DNA of 64,000 nucleotides from Pseudomonadota bacterium. Its GTDB lineage: Bacteria > Pseudomonadota > Alphaproteobacteria > SHVZ01. The position numbers and the translations under genes were made by a program. A model generated the notes under the pieces. That model saw only the letters and a list, made by a program, of their open reading frames with translations. It had not been told where the DNA came from and did no database searches. This document shows, piece after piece, positions 9,078-19,511 of the stretch. Position 1 is the first letter of the stretch. Every line of letters begins with the position of its first letter. The stretch is from contig JACQAG010000022.1 in the NCBI GenBank assembly GCA_016195085.1, forward strand, positions 10,700 through 74,699, given 5' to 3'.

Positions 9078-11153
9078 GTGCCGGCCGCCTGCGCACTTGC
9101 CCTCGCGCTTGCCGTTCTCTCCCCCTGGCCCCAGGCGGCCGGGATCGCGCTTGCCGGCGCGGTTCTCCTCGCCGCCGCGCTCGCCGGAAGGTGGCTCGGC
9201 GAGCGCGACGGCAGCCAGCCGGCTCGCGCGGTCACGCAAGGCTTCGAGGCGGGTATCGCCAGCGTCGTGACCGACGCCGCCGGCCGCGCCTTGGCCGCCA
9301 ATGCCGCCGCGCGGCGCATCCTTGCCGAGGGCCGGCAGCAGCCGCGTCAGCGCCGGCTGGTGATCGACGAGGCCCGCTTGGCGGCCACCTTCGCCGATCC
9401 CGACGGCCGCATCGGCCACCTCGCCCGCGAAGCCAGGGCGGGACACCGCCACAGCGTCGATTTGCGCCTGGATCCCGGCGTCGGTCGCGGCTGGCTCGAG
9501 GTGACGGCAGCGCCGGCGCCGGGCCAGAAGGGCTGGGTCGTCTGGCGGTTTGCCGAGGCCAATCGGCGGATCGAGGCGAGCCTGGACCTGGTCGCCGAGC
9601 GCAGCCACAGCGCCGAGCTCCGGGTGACGCTGGCCTCGATCGAGCAGCGGTTTCAGCGGTTCTTCGAGGAGCTTCCGGTCGGCTGGGCGGTGGTCGACGG
9701 AGAGGGCAGGATCGAGGATTCGAACCGCGCTTTCCGCGAGCTCGTCGGCGTGCCGCTCGATCCGCGCGGCCGCAATTTCGCGACCATGGTCAGAGCGGAG
9801 GATCAGGGACGCGTCGCCGCCCGGATCGAGGAGGCGATGCGGGGCGGAACCCAGACCGCGCCGGAGGAGGTGCGGTTCTCCGGCACCTCCGAGCGCGTCG
9901 CCTCGCTCTATGTCGGGCGGATCGACACGCCCGACGACAGCCCGGCCGGGCTGGTGCTGCACCTCCTCGACATCAGCACGCTCAAGGCCCTGGAAAGCCA
10001 GTTCGTGCAGTCGCAGAAGATGCAGGCGATCGGCCAGCTCGCCGGCGGCGTCGCCCACGACTTCAACAATCTCTTGACGGCGATGATCGGCTATAGCGAT
10101 CTCTTGCTGCTCCGCCACCGTCCGGGCGATCCGTCCTTCGCCGACATCATGCAGGTGAAGCAGAACGCCAACCGTGCCGCCAACCTGGTGCGCCAGCTCC
10201 TCGCCTTCTCGCGCCAGCAGACGCTGAGGCCGCGGGTCTTGAACCTGACCGATGTGCTGGCGGAGCTGTCGCATCTGTTGCGGCGGCTCTTGGGCGACAC
10301 CCTTCAGCTCGAGGTCGTGCATGGCCGCGACCTGAAGCCGGTCAAGGTCGACCAGGGCCAGTTCGAGCAGGTCGTCATCAACCTCGCAGTCAATGCGCGC
10401 GACGCCATGCACCCGGGCGGGCGGCTGGCGATCAATACCGCCAACATCCGGATCGAGTATGCCCAGAGCCGCGGTGCCGAGGTGGTTCCGGCCGGCGACT
10501 ATGTCGAGATCCGCGTCGCCGACACCGGCTCCGGCATAGCGCCCGAGCATCTGGGGCGCATCTTCGAGCCGTTCTTCTCGACCAAGCCGGTGGGATCGGG
10601 GACCGGACTCGGCCTTTCCACGGTCTACGGCATCGTCAAGCAGACCGGCGGCTTCGTGTTCGTCGAATCCATGCTCGGCGGCGGCACGTCGTTCACCATC
10701 TGGCTTCCCGTCCATGCCGGCGGCGTCGTGGAGGAGGCGGCCGAGGAGGAGGAGGGGCGCCGGCAGGTGCGCGACCTGACGGGTGCTGGCACCATCCTTC
10801 TGGTCGAGGACGAGGACCCGGTCAGGCTGTTCAGCGCCCGCGCGCTCCGCAGCAAGGGCTACAAGGTGTTCGAAGCCAGATCCGGAGAAGCCGCCCTCGA
10901 TCTCTTGCTGGAGGAGACGATGCCGGTCGATCTGCTCATCACCGACATGATGATGCCCACCCTCGACGGCCCGAGCTTGGTCAAGCTGGCGCGCGAGCGG
11001 CGCCCGGACCTGAAGGTGGTCTGCATCTCCGGCTACACCGAAGACACGCTCCGCGAACGCATCCCCCAGGACGACATCACCGTCTTCCTGGCGAAGCCCT
11101 TCAGCCTGAAACAGCTGGCACAGACGGTGAAAGAGGTGCTGACCCAGGAGTGA
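9078..11153 (+). CDS. cckA: hybrid PAS histidine kinase/receiver CckA (start uncertain; frame open from 8940)
   Basis: QSQKMQAIGQLAGGVAHDFNNLL H-box, GTGLGL, C-terminal receiver; follows flhB. Confidence 0.85.
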   Translation: MPAACALALALAVLSPWPQAAGIALAGAVLLAAALAGRWLGERDGSQPARAVTQGFEAGIASVVTDAAGRALAANAAARRILAEGRQQPRQRRLVIDEARLAATFADPDGRIGHLAREARAGHRHSVDLRLDPGVGRGWLEVTAAPAPGQKGWVVWRFAEANRRIEASLDLVAERSHSAELRVTLASIEQRFQRFFEELPVGWAVVDGEGRIEDSNRAFRELVGVPLDPRGRNFATMVRAEDQGRVAARIEEAMRGGTQTAPEEVRFSGTSERVASLYVGRIDTPDDSPAGLVLHLLDISTLKALESQFVQSQKMQAIGQLAGGVAHDFNNLLTAMIGYSDLLLLRHRPGDPSFADIMQVKQNANRAANLVRQLLAFSRQQTLRPRVLNLTDVLAELSHLLRRLLGDTLQLEVVHGRDLKPVKVDQGQFEQVVINLAVNARDAMHPGGRLAINTANIRIEYAQSRGAEVVPAGDYVEIRVADTGSGIAPEHLGRIFEPFFSTKPVGSGTGLGLSTVYGIVKQTGGFVFVESMLGGGTSFTIWLPVHAGGVVEEAAEEEEGRRQVRDLTGAGTILLVEDEDPVRLFSARALRSKGYKVFEARSGEAALDLLLEETMPVDLLITDMMMPTLDGPSLVKLARERRPDLKVVCISGYTEDTLRERIPQDDITVFLAKPFSLKQLAQTVKEVLTQE

Positions 11154-11164
11154 GGCCGCGCGGC

Positions 11165-11359
11165 TCACCCTCTCGCTGCCGGCTGCACCAGATTGGCAAA
11201 CAGACGGAAGGCGTCGGGAACCAGCCAATCCGGCTGGTGGGCGAGCGCCAGGCTGACATGGGTGTGGCGGCCGGATCCGATCGGCGCCGACAAGAGCCCG
11301 CCTTCGAGCGGGTCCTCGCCGGGGTCGGCCATGGCGAGGAGCGGCACGTAGGCCGGACC
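11165..11359 (-). pseudogene. orphan duplicate of the 3' end of the PIG-L gene
   Basis: 11176-11359 aligns without gaps to 12153-12336 (about 21 mismatches by hand count) and encodes ...LFANLVQPAARG*. Confidence 0.85.
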
Positions 11360-11376
11360 CGGTCGGTCAGCGTAAG

Positions 11377-11724
11377 TTACTTTTTTCCATGTTCCGCCAG
11401 CGCCCTCAACTGGCTGCTGAGCTCAGGCAGCTTCGCCTGGATCACATCCCAGACGATCTCCCAGTTGACGCCCGCATAGTGGTGGATGAGGCGGTCGCGC
11501 ATGCCGGCGACGTCCTGCCACCGAATTGCCCTGTGCTTTTTGCGAAAATCCGGAGAGAACCCCTTTGCGGCCTCGCCGACGATTTCGAGGTTCCGCACGA
11601 CGGCATCCTGCACCATCGTGTCCTCGAGAAACCGCTGATAGCTCAGGCCGCCGGTGTAGCGGCCAATTCTGCCGATCGCTTCGACGATGTCCTGGACAAG
11701 CTGCGCATCCTGGCGCTTAGCCAT
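11377..11724 (-). CDS. HEPN/DUF86 toxin (HepT-like RNase)
   Basis: DAVVRNLEIVGEA; RDRLIH (RX4H) followed by HY. Confidence 0.9.
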   Translation of the reverse strand: MAKRQDAQLVQDIVEAIGRIGRYTGGLSYQRFLEDTMVQDAVVRNLEIVGEAAKGFSPDFRKKHRAIRWQDVAGMRDRLIHHYAGVNWEIVWDVIQAKLPELSSQLRALAEHGKK

Positions 11725-12037
11725 ATGCGAGAGCGCTCCGGATGTCGTCAGCGATTTCCTTTACGCGAATGCTCTCGAGTCCATCGGGCGTTAGGATTTC
11801 CACCTTCCTTCCGAGGAGCTTCTCCAGGTGCTCCGATAGACCCAGGAAGTTGTCGTAGGTCGGCCGCTCGAACTCGACGAGAAGGTCGATGTCGCTCCGC
11901 TCGTTCTGCTTACCTTTGGCGTAGGAGCCAAAGAGGCCGATCTTTCGTACGGAATACCTCTCAAGCAGCTCGGCGTTCTGCCGTAGCGTGCGAAGGATTC
12001 CCTGCCGGGTAAGTTCGCTTTTCGACGGTTTTTTCAT
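11717..12037 (-). CDS. minimal nucleotidyltransferase antitoxin (MntA-like)
   Basis: GLFGSYAKG...SDIDLLVEF (GSX10DXD); overlaps HEPN start. Confidence 0.9.
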   Translation of the reverse strand: MKKPSKSELTRQGILRTLRQNAELLERYSVRKIGLFGSYAKGKQNERSDIDLLVEFERPTYDNFLGLSEHLEKLLGRKVEILTPDGLESIRVKEIADDIRSALAYG

Positions 12038-12090
12038 TGCCGTGCGCTGCGCCTATGGACGCATGATGATAGCGCAGTTTGGCGGCTTGA

Positions 12091-14559
12091 TTAAGGGTTC
12101 GATGATCTGTCGAGGGCGGCGGCTGCTCCACCCAGGCGCCCGCCACCTATCCCTGCCGGCTGCACCAGATTGGCGAAGAGGCGGAAGGCGCCGGGAACCA
12201 GCCGATCCAGCTGATGGGCCAGCGCCAGGCTGACATGGGTGTGGCGGCCGGCTCCGATCGGCGCCGACAGAAGCCCGCCTTCGAGCGGCGCTTCACCGGG
12301 GTCGGCCATGGCCAGCAGCGGCACATAAGCCGGATCCCAGGATGCAGCGAAGGAGAGGCCGCGCTCCTTCTGCCATCCCGCCCAATCGGCGGGGCCGATG
12401 GCATTGGGATAGGTCAGGAGCGGATGCCCGGACGCCAGAATCCGGATCGGTGCCGCCGGATCGGCCACCCGCCAACGCAGCGACGGCTGGCCGATGGCGA
12501 TGCGCTTGGGCGGCGTCACCGCCGCGTCCCAGCCATCGCCGGGCCGGTGATATTGGCTGACGAGATGCCCGCCTCGGCTCACATAGTCCTTGAGCCGCGC
12601 CGGCGCTGCCGCCGGAAGCCGGCCGAAGGCCTTGATGCCGATGACGATGGTCTCGAAACGGCCGAGATCGCCGCCGAGGATCTCGTCGTCGGAGAGCCGC
12701 TCCACCTGAAGCCCGATCTCTTCGAGCCAGCCGGCGACGCGATCGAGGCCGCCTTCGACATAGCCGATACGAACCCCCGGGGGAAGCGCCAGGTCGACCA
12801 CCAGAAGATCGAGAGTGGCGGGCTCGATCCAGCCGGTGGTGCCGATATGGGGATAGTGCTGACGGCGCACGCGCCCATGGGCGATACCGTCGGCCACCAC
12901 CTGCCAGCTTGCGTGACCCGGGGCTGGCGTCGCCGCGGTGAGGCTGATCTCGGCGGCCTCAAACGGACCGAGGCGAAGCGGAGGTGCCACCGCCTCGGCA
13001 CCGAGGAGCCGGAGCCGGGTCTGGATCGGCGCCGGCGTGTGGTTGCGCGCCCCGATGCGGACCTCGAGGCGCGGCTGCGAGCCGGCGACCACCACCCGGG
13101 CCTCAGGCGCCGGTGTCAGCTCCAGGGGCGGGACCTCGAGGGGCAGGATTTCCGGCGCCACCGCATCCTCGATGTCGACGCCATCGACGGTGTAGCCGAG
13201 CCGGCCTTCGATCGGCGCATTGGCGGCCAGCGGATCGAAGCGCTGCCGAAACGGCGCGTGGGATCCCGGGATGTATCGAAGCGTGCCCTCTGCCGTCGGC
13301 CCCTCGACCGTGCCGGCTTCGCTGGTCGCGGACCCGCGAACCGTGAGCGGCTTCCCGCCTTGGAAAAGGACAAGGCGTCCCGTCGCGGGCTGGCCCAGGA
13401 CCACCATTGCCGGCAGCTCCAGGCGGGCGACCAGGGAGAGGGCGAGCCGGCTCGCCCGGGCAAGCTGGCGGCGCTTGATGCCGAGCCGGTGCTCCAAATC
13501 CTCGGCGATCGTCCGTGCGAGCCCACCCAGAGTCTGCAGGACATGGTCGATGGCGCCCAACGCTTCATGCACCGAAGCGGCGACGCGATCGAAGTCCGGG
13601 AAGGCCTCGATCGCCGCCTCGATCGCCCGGTCGGCTTGGCGCAAGGCATCGCTGGGGGCGCCCTTCATGCCGGTCGCCAGATCGCCGAGCCGCCGCGGCA
13701 ACCCATCGAAGATCGATCCCTCGGCATTCACCCGCTGCAGCCGCGTTTGCGCCAGATTGAGCGCGATCGCCGGCGCGTCTTCCTCAGGGCGCCAGCGCCC
13801 CATGCCCTGGCTTCGGTGACAGAGGCGCGACCATTCGCCGATCTCGGCGTAAGTGGCGCCGAGCCAGCGATCGAAGCCGCCGACATCGACGGTGAGCGTC
13901 GCCGGCGGCGGCGGCTCGGCGTCGTCATAGGTCGCACCGGCGCCGGAATAAGCCGGCAGATACAGCTTGGCGATGCGCCATGGGCGGAGGCCGGCTTCGA
14001 TCTGCTCGGGGAAGCGGGCCGGGTCGGCGGCCGCCTCGAAGGCCTTGAAGGTGGCGCGGGTGACGGCGCGATGATGGCCGTGCTGTCCCGGCACATCGAG
14101 GAAGGTGGGCGACACGATGTCGGGGCGGCTCCGGCGGATGGCCTCCACCAATCGCTCCAGGAGCCGGTCCTCGCCCCAGATTGCGGTGGTCGCCTCCGGC
14201 GTCTTGGCGAAGCCGAAATCGCTTAAACGATCGCCGAACCCTTGCTCCAGCCAGTCAACCTCCATGCCGAGAACGGCGGCGGCTCTCTCCATCTCATGGG
14301 AGCGTATGAGCGCCAGCGCCTCGCCGGATTCCGGGCCGAGCGCGTTCTGTCCGCCGCCGCCGCGGGTGGCCGAGACGTAGATCACGCGGGCACCGTCGCC
14401 TTTGGCGAGCCGGGCCAAGAGCGCGCTCGTCTCGTCGTCGGGATGCGCTCCGGTCATCATGAAGCTCACCACCGAGCGCAGCGGCAGCAAGGCCTGCCAT
14501 AGAAGGAGGAGTGGGCTCTCCCGCGACTGGCGAAGGATGCGGCGTTGCTCTGGAGTCAT
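12091..14559 (-). CDS. large PIG-L/LmbE family deacetylase with C-terminal GATase-like region
   Basis: GAHPDDE, HGHH, HRSQGMG; C-terminal WQKERGL..WDPAY..PGAFRLFANL. Confidence 0.88.
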   Translation of the reverse strand: MTPEQRRILRQSRESPLLLLWQALLPLRSVVSFMMTGAHPDDETSALLARLAKGDGARVIYVSATRGGGGQNALGPESGEALALIRSHEMERAAAVLGMEVDWLEQGFGDRLSDFGFAKTPEATTAIWGEDRLLERLVEAIRRSRPDIVSPTFLDVPGQHGHHRAVTRATFKAFEAAADPARFPEQIEAGLRPWRIAKLYLPAYSGAGATYDDAEPPPPATLTVDVGGFDRWLGATYAEIGEWSRLCHRSQGMGRWRPEEDAPAIALNLAQTRLQRVNAEGSIFDGLPRRLGDLATGMKGAPSDALRQADRAIEAAIEAFPDFDRVAASVHEALGAIDHVLQTLGGLARTIAEDLEHRLGIKRRQLARASRLALSLVARLELPAMVVLGQPATGRLVLFQGGKPLTVRGSATSEAGTVEGPTAEGTLRYIPGSHAPFRQRFDPLAANAPIEGRLGYTVDGVDIEDAVAPEILPLEVPPLELTPAPEARVVVAGSQPRLEVRIGARNHTPAPIQTRLRLLGAEAVAPPLRLGPFEAAEISLTAATPAPGHASWQVVADGIAHGRVRRQHYPHIGTTGWIEPATLDLLVVDLALPPGVRIGYVEGGLDRVAGWLEEIGLQVERLSDDEILGGDLGRFETIVIGIKAFGRLPAAAPARLKDYVSRGGHLVSQYHRPGDGWDAAVTPPKRIAIGQPSLRWRVADPAAPIRILASGHPLLTYPNAIGPADWAGWQKERGLSFAASWDPAYVPLLAMADPGEAPLEGGLLSAPIGAGRHTHVSLALAHQLDRLVPGAFRLFANLVQPAGIGGGRLGGAAAALDRSSNP

Positions 14560-14688
14560 GGCAAGATCCTGGCGAATAGGCTCGCCAAGGCAAGCGAATT
14601 GCTGCGGGATGACGATTGACATGTCCGGGAGCGTTCGGGACGATGCCCGCCGGGCTGGGGGTCTCGGCTCGGCAAGGGAGGATCGAAC

Positions 14689-15945
14689 ATGATGAAGCGG
14701 TGGCTATTCGGCCTGGTGCTGAGCTCGACGCTCCTGACCTGGGGCCTCACCAGCGCCCAGCCCGTCGAGATCGAGTACTGGCAATACACCTTCGCCCAGC
14801 GGGTTCAGGCGATCGACGAGCTGATCAAGCGCTTCGAAGCGGCCAATCCCGGCATCAAGGTGAAGCACGTCAACGTGCCCTACGACGATTTCCGCCTCAA
14901 GATCGCCGCCGCCATCCCCGCCGGGCAGGGTCCCGACGTGGTGCAGCTGTTCTATGGCTGGCTCCAGGACTATCTGAAGGCGAAGCTCTTGCAGCCGCTG
15001 CCGGCCGATCTTTTCAACGCCGCCGAGATCGAGCGCGACTTCTTCCCCTTGGTGAAGGAGATGCGCGTCGACGGCCAGTATTACGGCCTGCCGACGGCGG
15101 TGCGCTCGCTGTCGCTGTTCTGGAACAAGAAGCTGTTCCAGGAGGCGGGTCTCGATCCCGCGAAACCGCCTCAGACCCTGGCCGAACTCACCCTGATGGC
15201 GAAGAAGCTGACCAAGCGCGACGCCGGCGGCAATCTGCTGCAGGCCGGCATCGCGCTCGATCCCGGCGGTCAGGACCATCACTGGATCCGCGAGGTGCTG
15301 ATCCGTCAGATGGGCGGCAAGCCCTATTCCGATGACGGGCGCAAGATCGCCTATGACACCGATGCCGCAGTCAAGGGTGTGGCCTGGTACACCGATCTCG
15401 TCGCCAAGGAGAGGGTGAGCGAGTTCGGCTTCCTGACCGATGCGGTGACCGCCTTCAAATCGGGCAAGGCCGGGCTCACCATCGATGGTTCCTTCCGGCT
15501 CGCCGCCTTCGACGGCCAGGCCGGGCTCGACTACGGCGTGTCCGAGCTGCCCGGCCATGACGGCATGAAATCCAACTTCGCCTCCTACTGGGTGAACGGC
15601 ATCACGCCCAAGGCGACCGGCGCCAAGAAGGAGGCCGCCGCCAAGTTCCTGAAATTCATCACCACGCCGGAAGCGATGGAGCTGTGGCTGGAGAAGGTGG
15701 GCGAGCTGCCGGCCCGCAAGGCGGTGGCCGAGCGGGACGCGATCAAGAACCACCCGAAATACGGCGCCTTCATCCGCGGCCTCGCCTACGCCCAGGCGAC
15801 GTTCTTCGTCAATGAGACCGGCCAGCGCAAGGTCTTCCTGGACCTGGTCGACCGCATCGCCATCAAGAAAGTGGCACCCAAGGACTCCGTGCACGAGGCG
15901 GCGCTGGAGGAGCAGAAGATGCTGGACGCCTTCTACAACAAGTGA
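14689..15945 (+). CDS. sugar-type ABC transporter substrate-binding protein
   Basis: signal peptide, FEAANPGIKV, GPDVV, LFWNKKLF. Confidence 0.9.
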   Translation: MMKRWLFGLVLSSTLLTWGLTSAQPVEIEYWQYTFAQRVQAIDELIKRFEAANPGIKVKHVNVPYDDFRLKIAAAIPAGQGPDVVQLFYGWLQDYLKAKLLQPLPADLFNAAEIERDFFPLVKEMRVDGQYYGLPTAVRSLSLFWNKKLFQEAGLDPAKPPQTLAELTLMAKKLTKRDAGGNLLQAGIALDPGGQDHHWIREVLIRQMGGKPYSDDGRKIAYDTDAAVKGVAWYTDLVAKERVSEFGFLTDAVTAFKSGKAGLTIDGSFRLAAFDGQAGLDYGVSELPGHDGMKSNFASYWVNGITPKATGAKKEAAAKFLKFITTPEAMELWLEKVGELPARKAVAERDAIKNHPKYGAFIRGLAYAQATFFVNETGQRKVFLDLVDRIAIKKVAPKDSVHEAALEEQKMLDAFYNK

Positions 15946-15956
15946 GCGGACGACAA

Positions 15957-16123
15957 GACCCTCACCCGCCTCGCTAACGCTCGGCACCCTCTCCCGCAGG
16001 GGGTGGGATTTGGGAGGGGGTGCGCCGCACCCCTCCCCGATCCTCCCCGGGCGGGAGAGGGGCCTCAAATACTCGTCCTCATCTCCCTCTCCCGCGCCGC
16101 GGGAGAGGGTTGGGGTGAGGGTC
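15957..16123. repeat. REP-like doublet, CCCTCTCCC subfamily, with nested hairpin
   Basis: GACCCTCACCC...GGGTGAGGGTC termini; two CCCTCTCCC/GGGAGAGGG stems. Confidence 0.85.
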
Positions 16124-16158
16124 GTTCTTAGGGCTACACCGAAACGCAACGGGACCGC

Positions 16159-17043
16159 ATGATCGATCGCCTCACTCTTCGCCAAAGGCAGGCCTTGTGG
16201 GCGTGGGCGTTCCTGGCGTTGCCGGCGGTCTTCTACGTGTCCATTCGCTTCTATCCGGCGGCGCAAGCCTTCGCCATGTCGCTGACCGACTGGAACATCG
16301 TCGGCCGGGCGCGGTTCATCGGCGCCGACAACTATGTGCGGCTCGGCGCCGATCCGGTGTTCTGGAGGGTGATGGGCAACACCTTCACCTATCTCGCGGT
16401 CGGCGTCGCCGTCACCATGACCATCGCCTTCGTCATCGCCTTCTACCTCGACCGCGTGCGCTTCGGCCACGGACTCTTGCGGGCACTCTACTTCATCCCG
16501 CACCTCGCCACCGCGGTTGCCATGGCTTGGGTCTGGCGCTGGTTCTACCAGCCCGTACCGGTCGGCGCCTTCAACGATGCGCTGGCCTCCATCGGCTTCG
16601 GCCAGCAGCCTTTTCTGCGCTCCACCAGCCAAGCGCTTTATGCCGTGCTGGCGCCGGCGATCTGGGCCAGCCTCGGCTTCCAGGTCGTCATTCTGCTGGC
16701 CGGGCTGAAGGCGATCCCTGAGCATTATTACGAAGCCGCCGAGATCGACGGCGCCGGCCGCTGGCGGATCCTCATCGAGATCACGCTGCCGCAGCTCCGC
16801 CCCACGCTCATCTTCCTCGTGGTGGTGAGCTCGATCGGCTTCCTTAGGATCTTCGACTATGTCTACGCCATGACCCAGGGCTCCGGCGGGCCGCTCGACG
16901 CAACGAAGCCTCTGGTGCTGATGATCTTCATCACCGCCTTCGGCCATTTCGAGATGGGCTATGCCGCCGCCTTGACCGTCGTCCTCTTCCTCATCCTGCT
17001 CGCCATCTCCTTGGCGCAGCTCCGGCTCATGAAGGCCCGATGA
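16159..17043 (+). CDS. carbohydrate ABC permease
   Basis: EAAEIDGAG EAA loop; multiple TM helices. Confidence 0.92.
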   Translation: MIDRLTLRQRQALWAWAFLALPAVFYVSIRFYPAAQAFAMSLTDWNIVGRARFIGADNYVRLGADPVFWRVMGNTFTYLAVGVAVTMTIAFVIAFYLDRVRFGHGLLRALYFIPHLATAVAMAWVWRWFYQPVPVGAFNDALASIGFGQQPFLRSTSQALYAVLAPAIWASLGFQVVILLAGLKAIPEHYYEAAEIDGAGRWRILIEITLPQLRPTLIFLVVVSSIGFLRIFDYVYAMTQGSGGPLDATKPLVLMIFITAFGHFEMGYAAALTVVLFLILLAISLAQLRLMKAR

Positions 17044-17858
17044 CCGGGAGCCGTCCCGAACGCGTCATCGCCTGGACGCTGCTCTTCCTGGGCGGCGTGG
17101 TCATGGTGCTGCCCTTCGTCTACATGCTGGCGACCTCGCTCAAGCACAATGACGAGGTCTACGATCTCAGCCTCATTCCGAGGCTGCCGACCCTCGACAA
17201 CTATCTGCACCTCTTCAGCGACTCGACATTTCCCCGCTGGTTCATGAACTCGCTGGTGGTGGCCGCGCTGACCACGGTCTCGGCCTTGTTCTTCGACAGC
17301 CTGGTCGGCTATACGCTCGCCAAATTCGACTTCCGCGGCCGCCGCCTGGTGTTCCTGGCGATCCTCTCGACCCTGATGATCCCGACGGAGATGCTGGTGC
17401 TGCCCTGGTACATGCTGTCCAAGCAGATGGGCTGGCTCGACACCTATTGGGCGCTGTTGTTTCCGGGCCTGATGACCGGCTTCGGCACCTTCCTCATGAA
17501 GCAGTTCTTCGAGAGCGTGCCCGACGATCTGCTGGCGGCCGCGCGCATCGATGGGTTCGATGAGTTCCAGATCTGGTGGCGGGTGGCGCTGCCCTTGGTC
17601 ACCCCGGCGCTCTCGGCGCTCGCCATCTTCGTCTTTCTCGGCAACTGGACGGCGTTCTTGTGGCCGCTCATTGCCACCAGCAGCAAGGCGCTCTACACGC
17701 TGCCGGTCGGGATCGCCTCGTTCTCGAGCGAATTCCAGACGGAGTGGGAGATGATCATGACCGGTGCGGCGGTCGCCACGCTCCCCAGCCTCTTCGTGTT
17801 CTTGGCGCTGCAGAAATACATCATCCGCGGCATCATGCTGACCGGGATCAAGGGCTGA
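17040..17858 (+). CDS. carbohydrate ABC permease
   Basis: AARIDG loop, GYTLAKFDFRG, TM helices. Confidence 0.92.
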   Translation: MTGSRPERVIAWTLLFLGGVVMVLPFVYMLATSLKHNDEVYDLSLIPRLPTLDNYLHLFSDSTFPRWFMNSLVVAALTTVSALFFDSLVGYTLAKFDFRGRRLVFLAILSTLMIPTEMLVLPWYMLSKQMGWLDTYWALLFPGLMTGFGTFLMKQFFESVPDDLLAAARIDGFDEFQIWWRVALPLVTPALSALAIFVFLGNWTAFLWPLIATSSKALYTLPVGIASFSSEFQTEWEMIMTGAAVATLPSLFVFLALQKYIIRGIMLTGIKG

Positions 17859-19354
17859 TGGCGCGACCGAAGGACGAGCCTTTTCCGGCACCGGTCTACA
17901 AGGAGACGGTGCTGGCGCCCTTGTTCGAGGGGGTGAAGCGCCACCACTGGCGCTATCAGATGCGCATCAACCGGGCGAGCGCGGTCATGCTGGCGGAGTG
18001 CGGCCTCATCCGCCCGAGCGAGGCGAAGGCGATCCTGGACGCGCTCGACGACATCGTCGCCACGCTCGACGTGGCGAAGCTGGTTTACACCGGCGAGCAC
18101 GAGGATTTCTTCTTCTACGTCGAATCCGAGCTGACGCGCCGCCTCGGTGTGGCGATCGCCGGCAAGCTCCACACCGGGCGCTCGCGCAACGACATCGACC
18201 ACACCGTCTTCAAGCTCGCCTTGAAGGAGCGGATCATTGTTTTTGCCGGGGCGCTGATCGGCCTCATTGAGACGACGCTCGGCGTCGCCGAGGCGAACCG
18301 CGCGACCCTTGTGGTGGCCTATACCCACGGCCAGCCGGCGCAGCCGACGACCTTCGGCCACTATCTCGGCGCCTTGATCGAGCAGCTCCTGCGCGATCTC
18401 GAGCGGCTCTCCGATGCCGCCCGCTATCCCGACAAGTCCAGCATGGGGGCGGCCGCGATCACCACGTCGGGCTTCGGCCTCGACCGCGCCCGCATGGCCG
18501 ATCTCCTGGGCTTCGCCGAGGTGCAGGAGAATTCCTATGGCTGCATCGCCTCGGTCGACTACGCGACCAGCGTCTACGCCCAGCTCAAACTCCTGTTCGT
18601 CCATCTCGGCCGCTTCGTGCAGGATCTGAATGCCTGGTCGGGATTCGAGGTGGGCCATCTCTATGTGCCCGACGCCTATGTGCAGATCAGCTCGATCATG
18701 CCGCAGAAGCGCAACCCCGTGGCGATCGAGCATCTGCGCCTCATGCTGTCGCTCGCCGCCCAGCGGGCGGAAGCGGTGATCTTCACGGTGCACAACACGC
18801 CCTACACCGACATGAACGATTCCGAGGGCGAGGTGCAGGCGGCGGGCTACGAAGCCTTCGACACGGGCCTGCGGGCGCTCACGCTCATCGCCGGCTTTCT
18901 AGGTGCCGTCCGCATCGACGAGGCGAAGGTGCGCCGGCACATCGAGGAGGCCTGCATCACCGTGACCGAGCTTGCGGACTCGCTCGTCCGCAAGGAAGGC
19001 CTCTCCTTTCGCCAGGCCCATGAGGTGGCGGCCCTGCTCGCCCGCCGCATGATCGATAGCCGCGAGATCTTCCGCACCGTGCCCTACGGCGCCTTCCTGG
19101 AGGCCTTCGCCGCTGTTGCCGGAAGAGAGCCGGGGTTGACCGAAGCCGAGTTCCGCCTTGTGACCACGCCCGAGCACTTCATCGAAGTCCGCACCATGCC
19201 GGGCGGCCCGGCGCCGGCTTCCCTATCCGCCAGCTTCGAGCGCTACCGGCGCCAGCTCGATCAAGCCCGGAGCTGGCTCAATGACTATCGCGGCCGGATG
19301 GAGCAGGCGGCGGAACGTCTGGACGAGGCGGCCTCCCGCCTGCAGCGGGGCTAG
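17858..19354 (+). CDS. argininosuccinate-lyase-like C-N lyase (fumarase/aspartase superfamily)
   Basis: HTGRSRND, YTHGQPAQP, SSIMPQKRNP. Confidence 0.85.
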   Translation: MARPKDEPFPAPVYKETVLAPLFEGVKRHHWRYQMRINRASAVMLAECGLIRPSEAKAILDALDDIVATLDVAKLVYTGEHEDFFFYVESELTRRLGVAIAGKLHTGRSRNDIDHTVFKLALKERIIVFAGALIGLIETTLGVAEANRATLVVAYTHGQPAQPTTFGHYLGALIEQLLRDLERLSDAARYPDKSSMGAAAITTSGFGLDRARMADLLGFAEVQENSYGCIASVDYATSVYAQLKLLFVHLGRFVQDLNAWSGFEVGHLYVPDAYVQISSIMPQKRNPVAIEHLRLMLSLAAQRAEAVIFTVHNTPYTDMNDSEGEVQAAGYEAFDTGLRALTLIAGFLGAVRIDEAKVRRHIEEACITVTELADSLVRKEGLSFRQAHEVAALLARRMIDSREIFRTVPYGAFLEAFAAVAGREPGLTEAEFRLVTTPEHFIEVRTMPGGPAPASLSASFERYRRQLDQARSWLNDYRGRMEQAAERLDEAASRLQRG

Positions 19355-19380
19355 TCTTGGATTTGGAGATGCTAGCGATA

Positions 19381-19482
19381 GCCCCCACCCTAGCCCTCCC
19401 CCACATGCGTGGGGGAGGGAAAAGAAGGGCGCAGCTCTTACTCCCTCCCTCGCCGAAGGCGGGGGAGGGCCGGGGTGGGGGC
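19381..19482. repeat. REP-like doublet, CCCTCCCCC subfamily
   Basis: GCCCCCACCC...GGGTGGGGGC termini with two internal hairpins. Confidence 0.85.
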
Positions 19483-19511
19483 ATGCGCGTTCCCGAGAGT
19501 CGGTCCTAGCC

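Noticed and set aside
17858-19354. Assigning the symbol argH
   Set aside because: Superfamily motifs are present, but the sequence and sugar-ABC context differ from biosynthetic ArgH.
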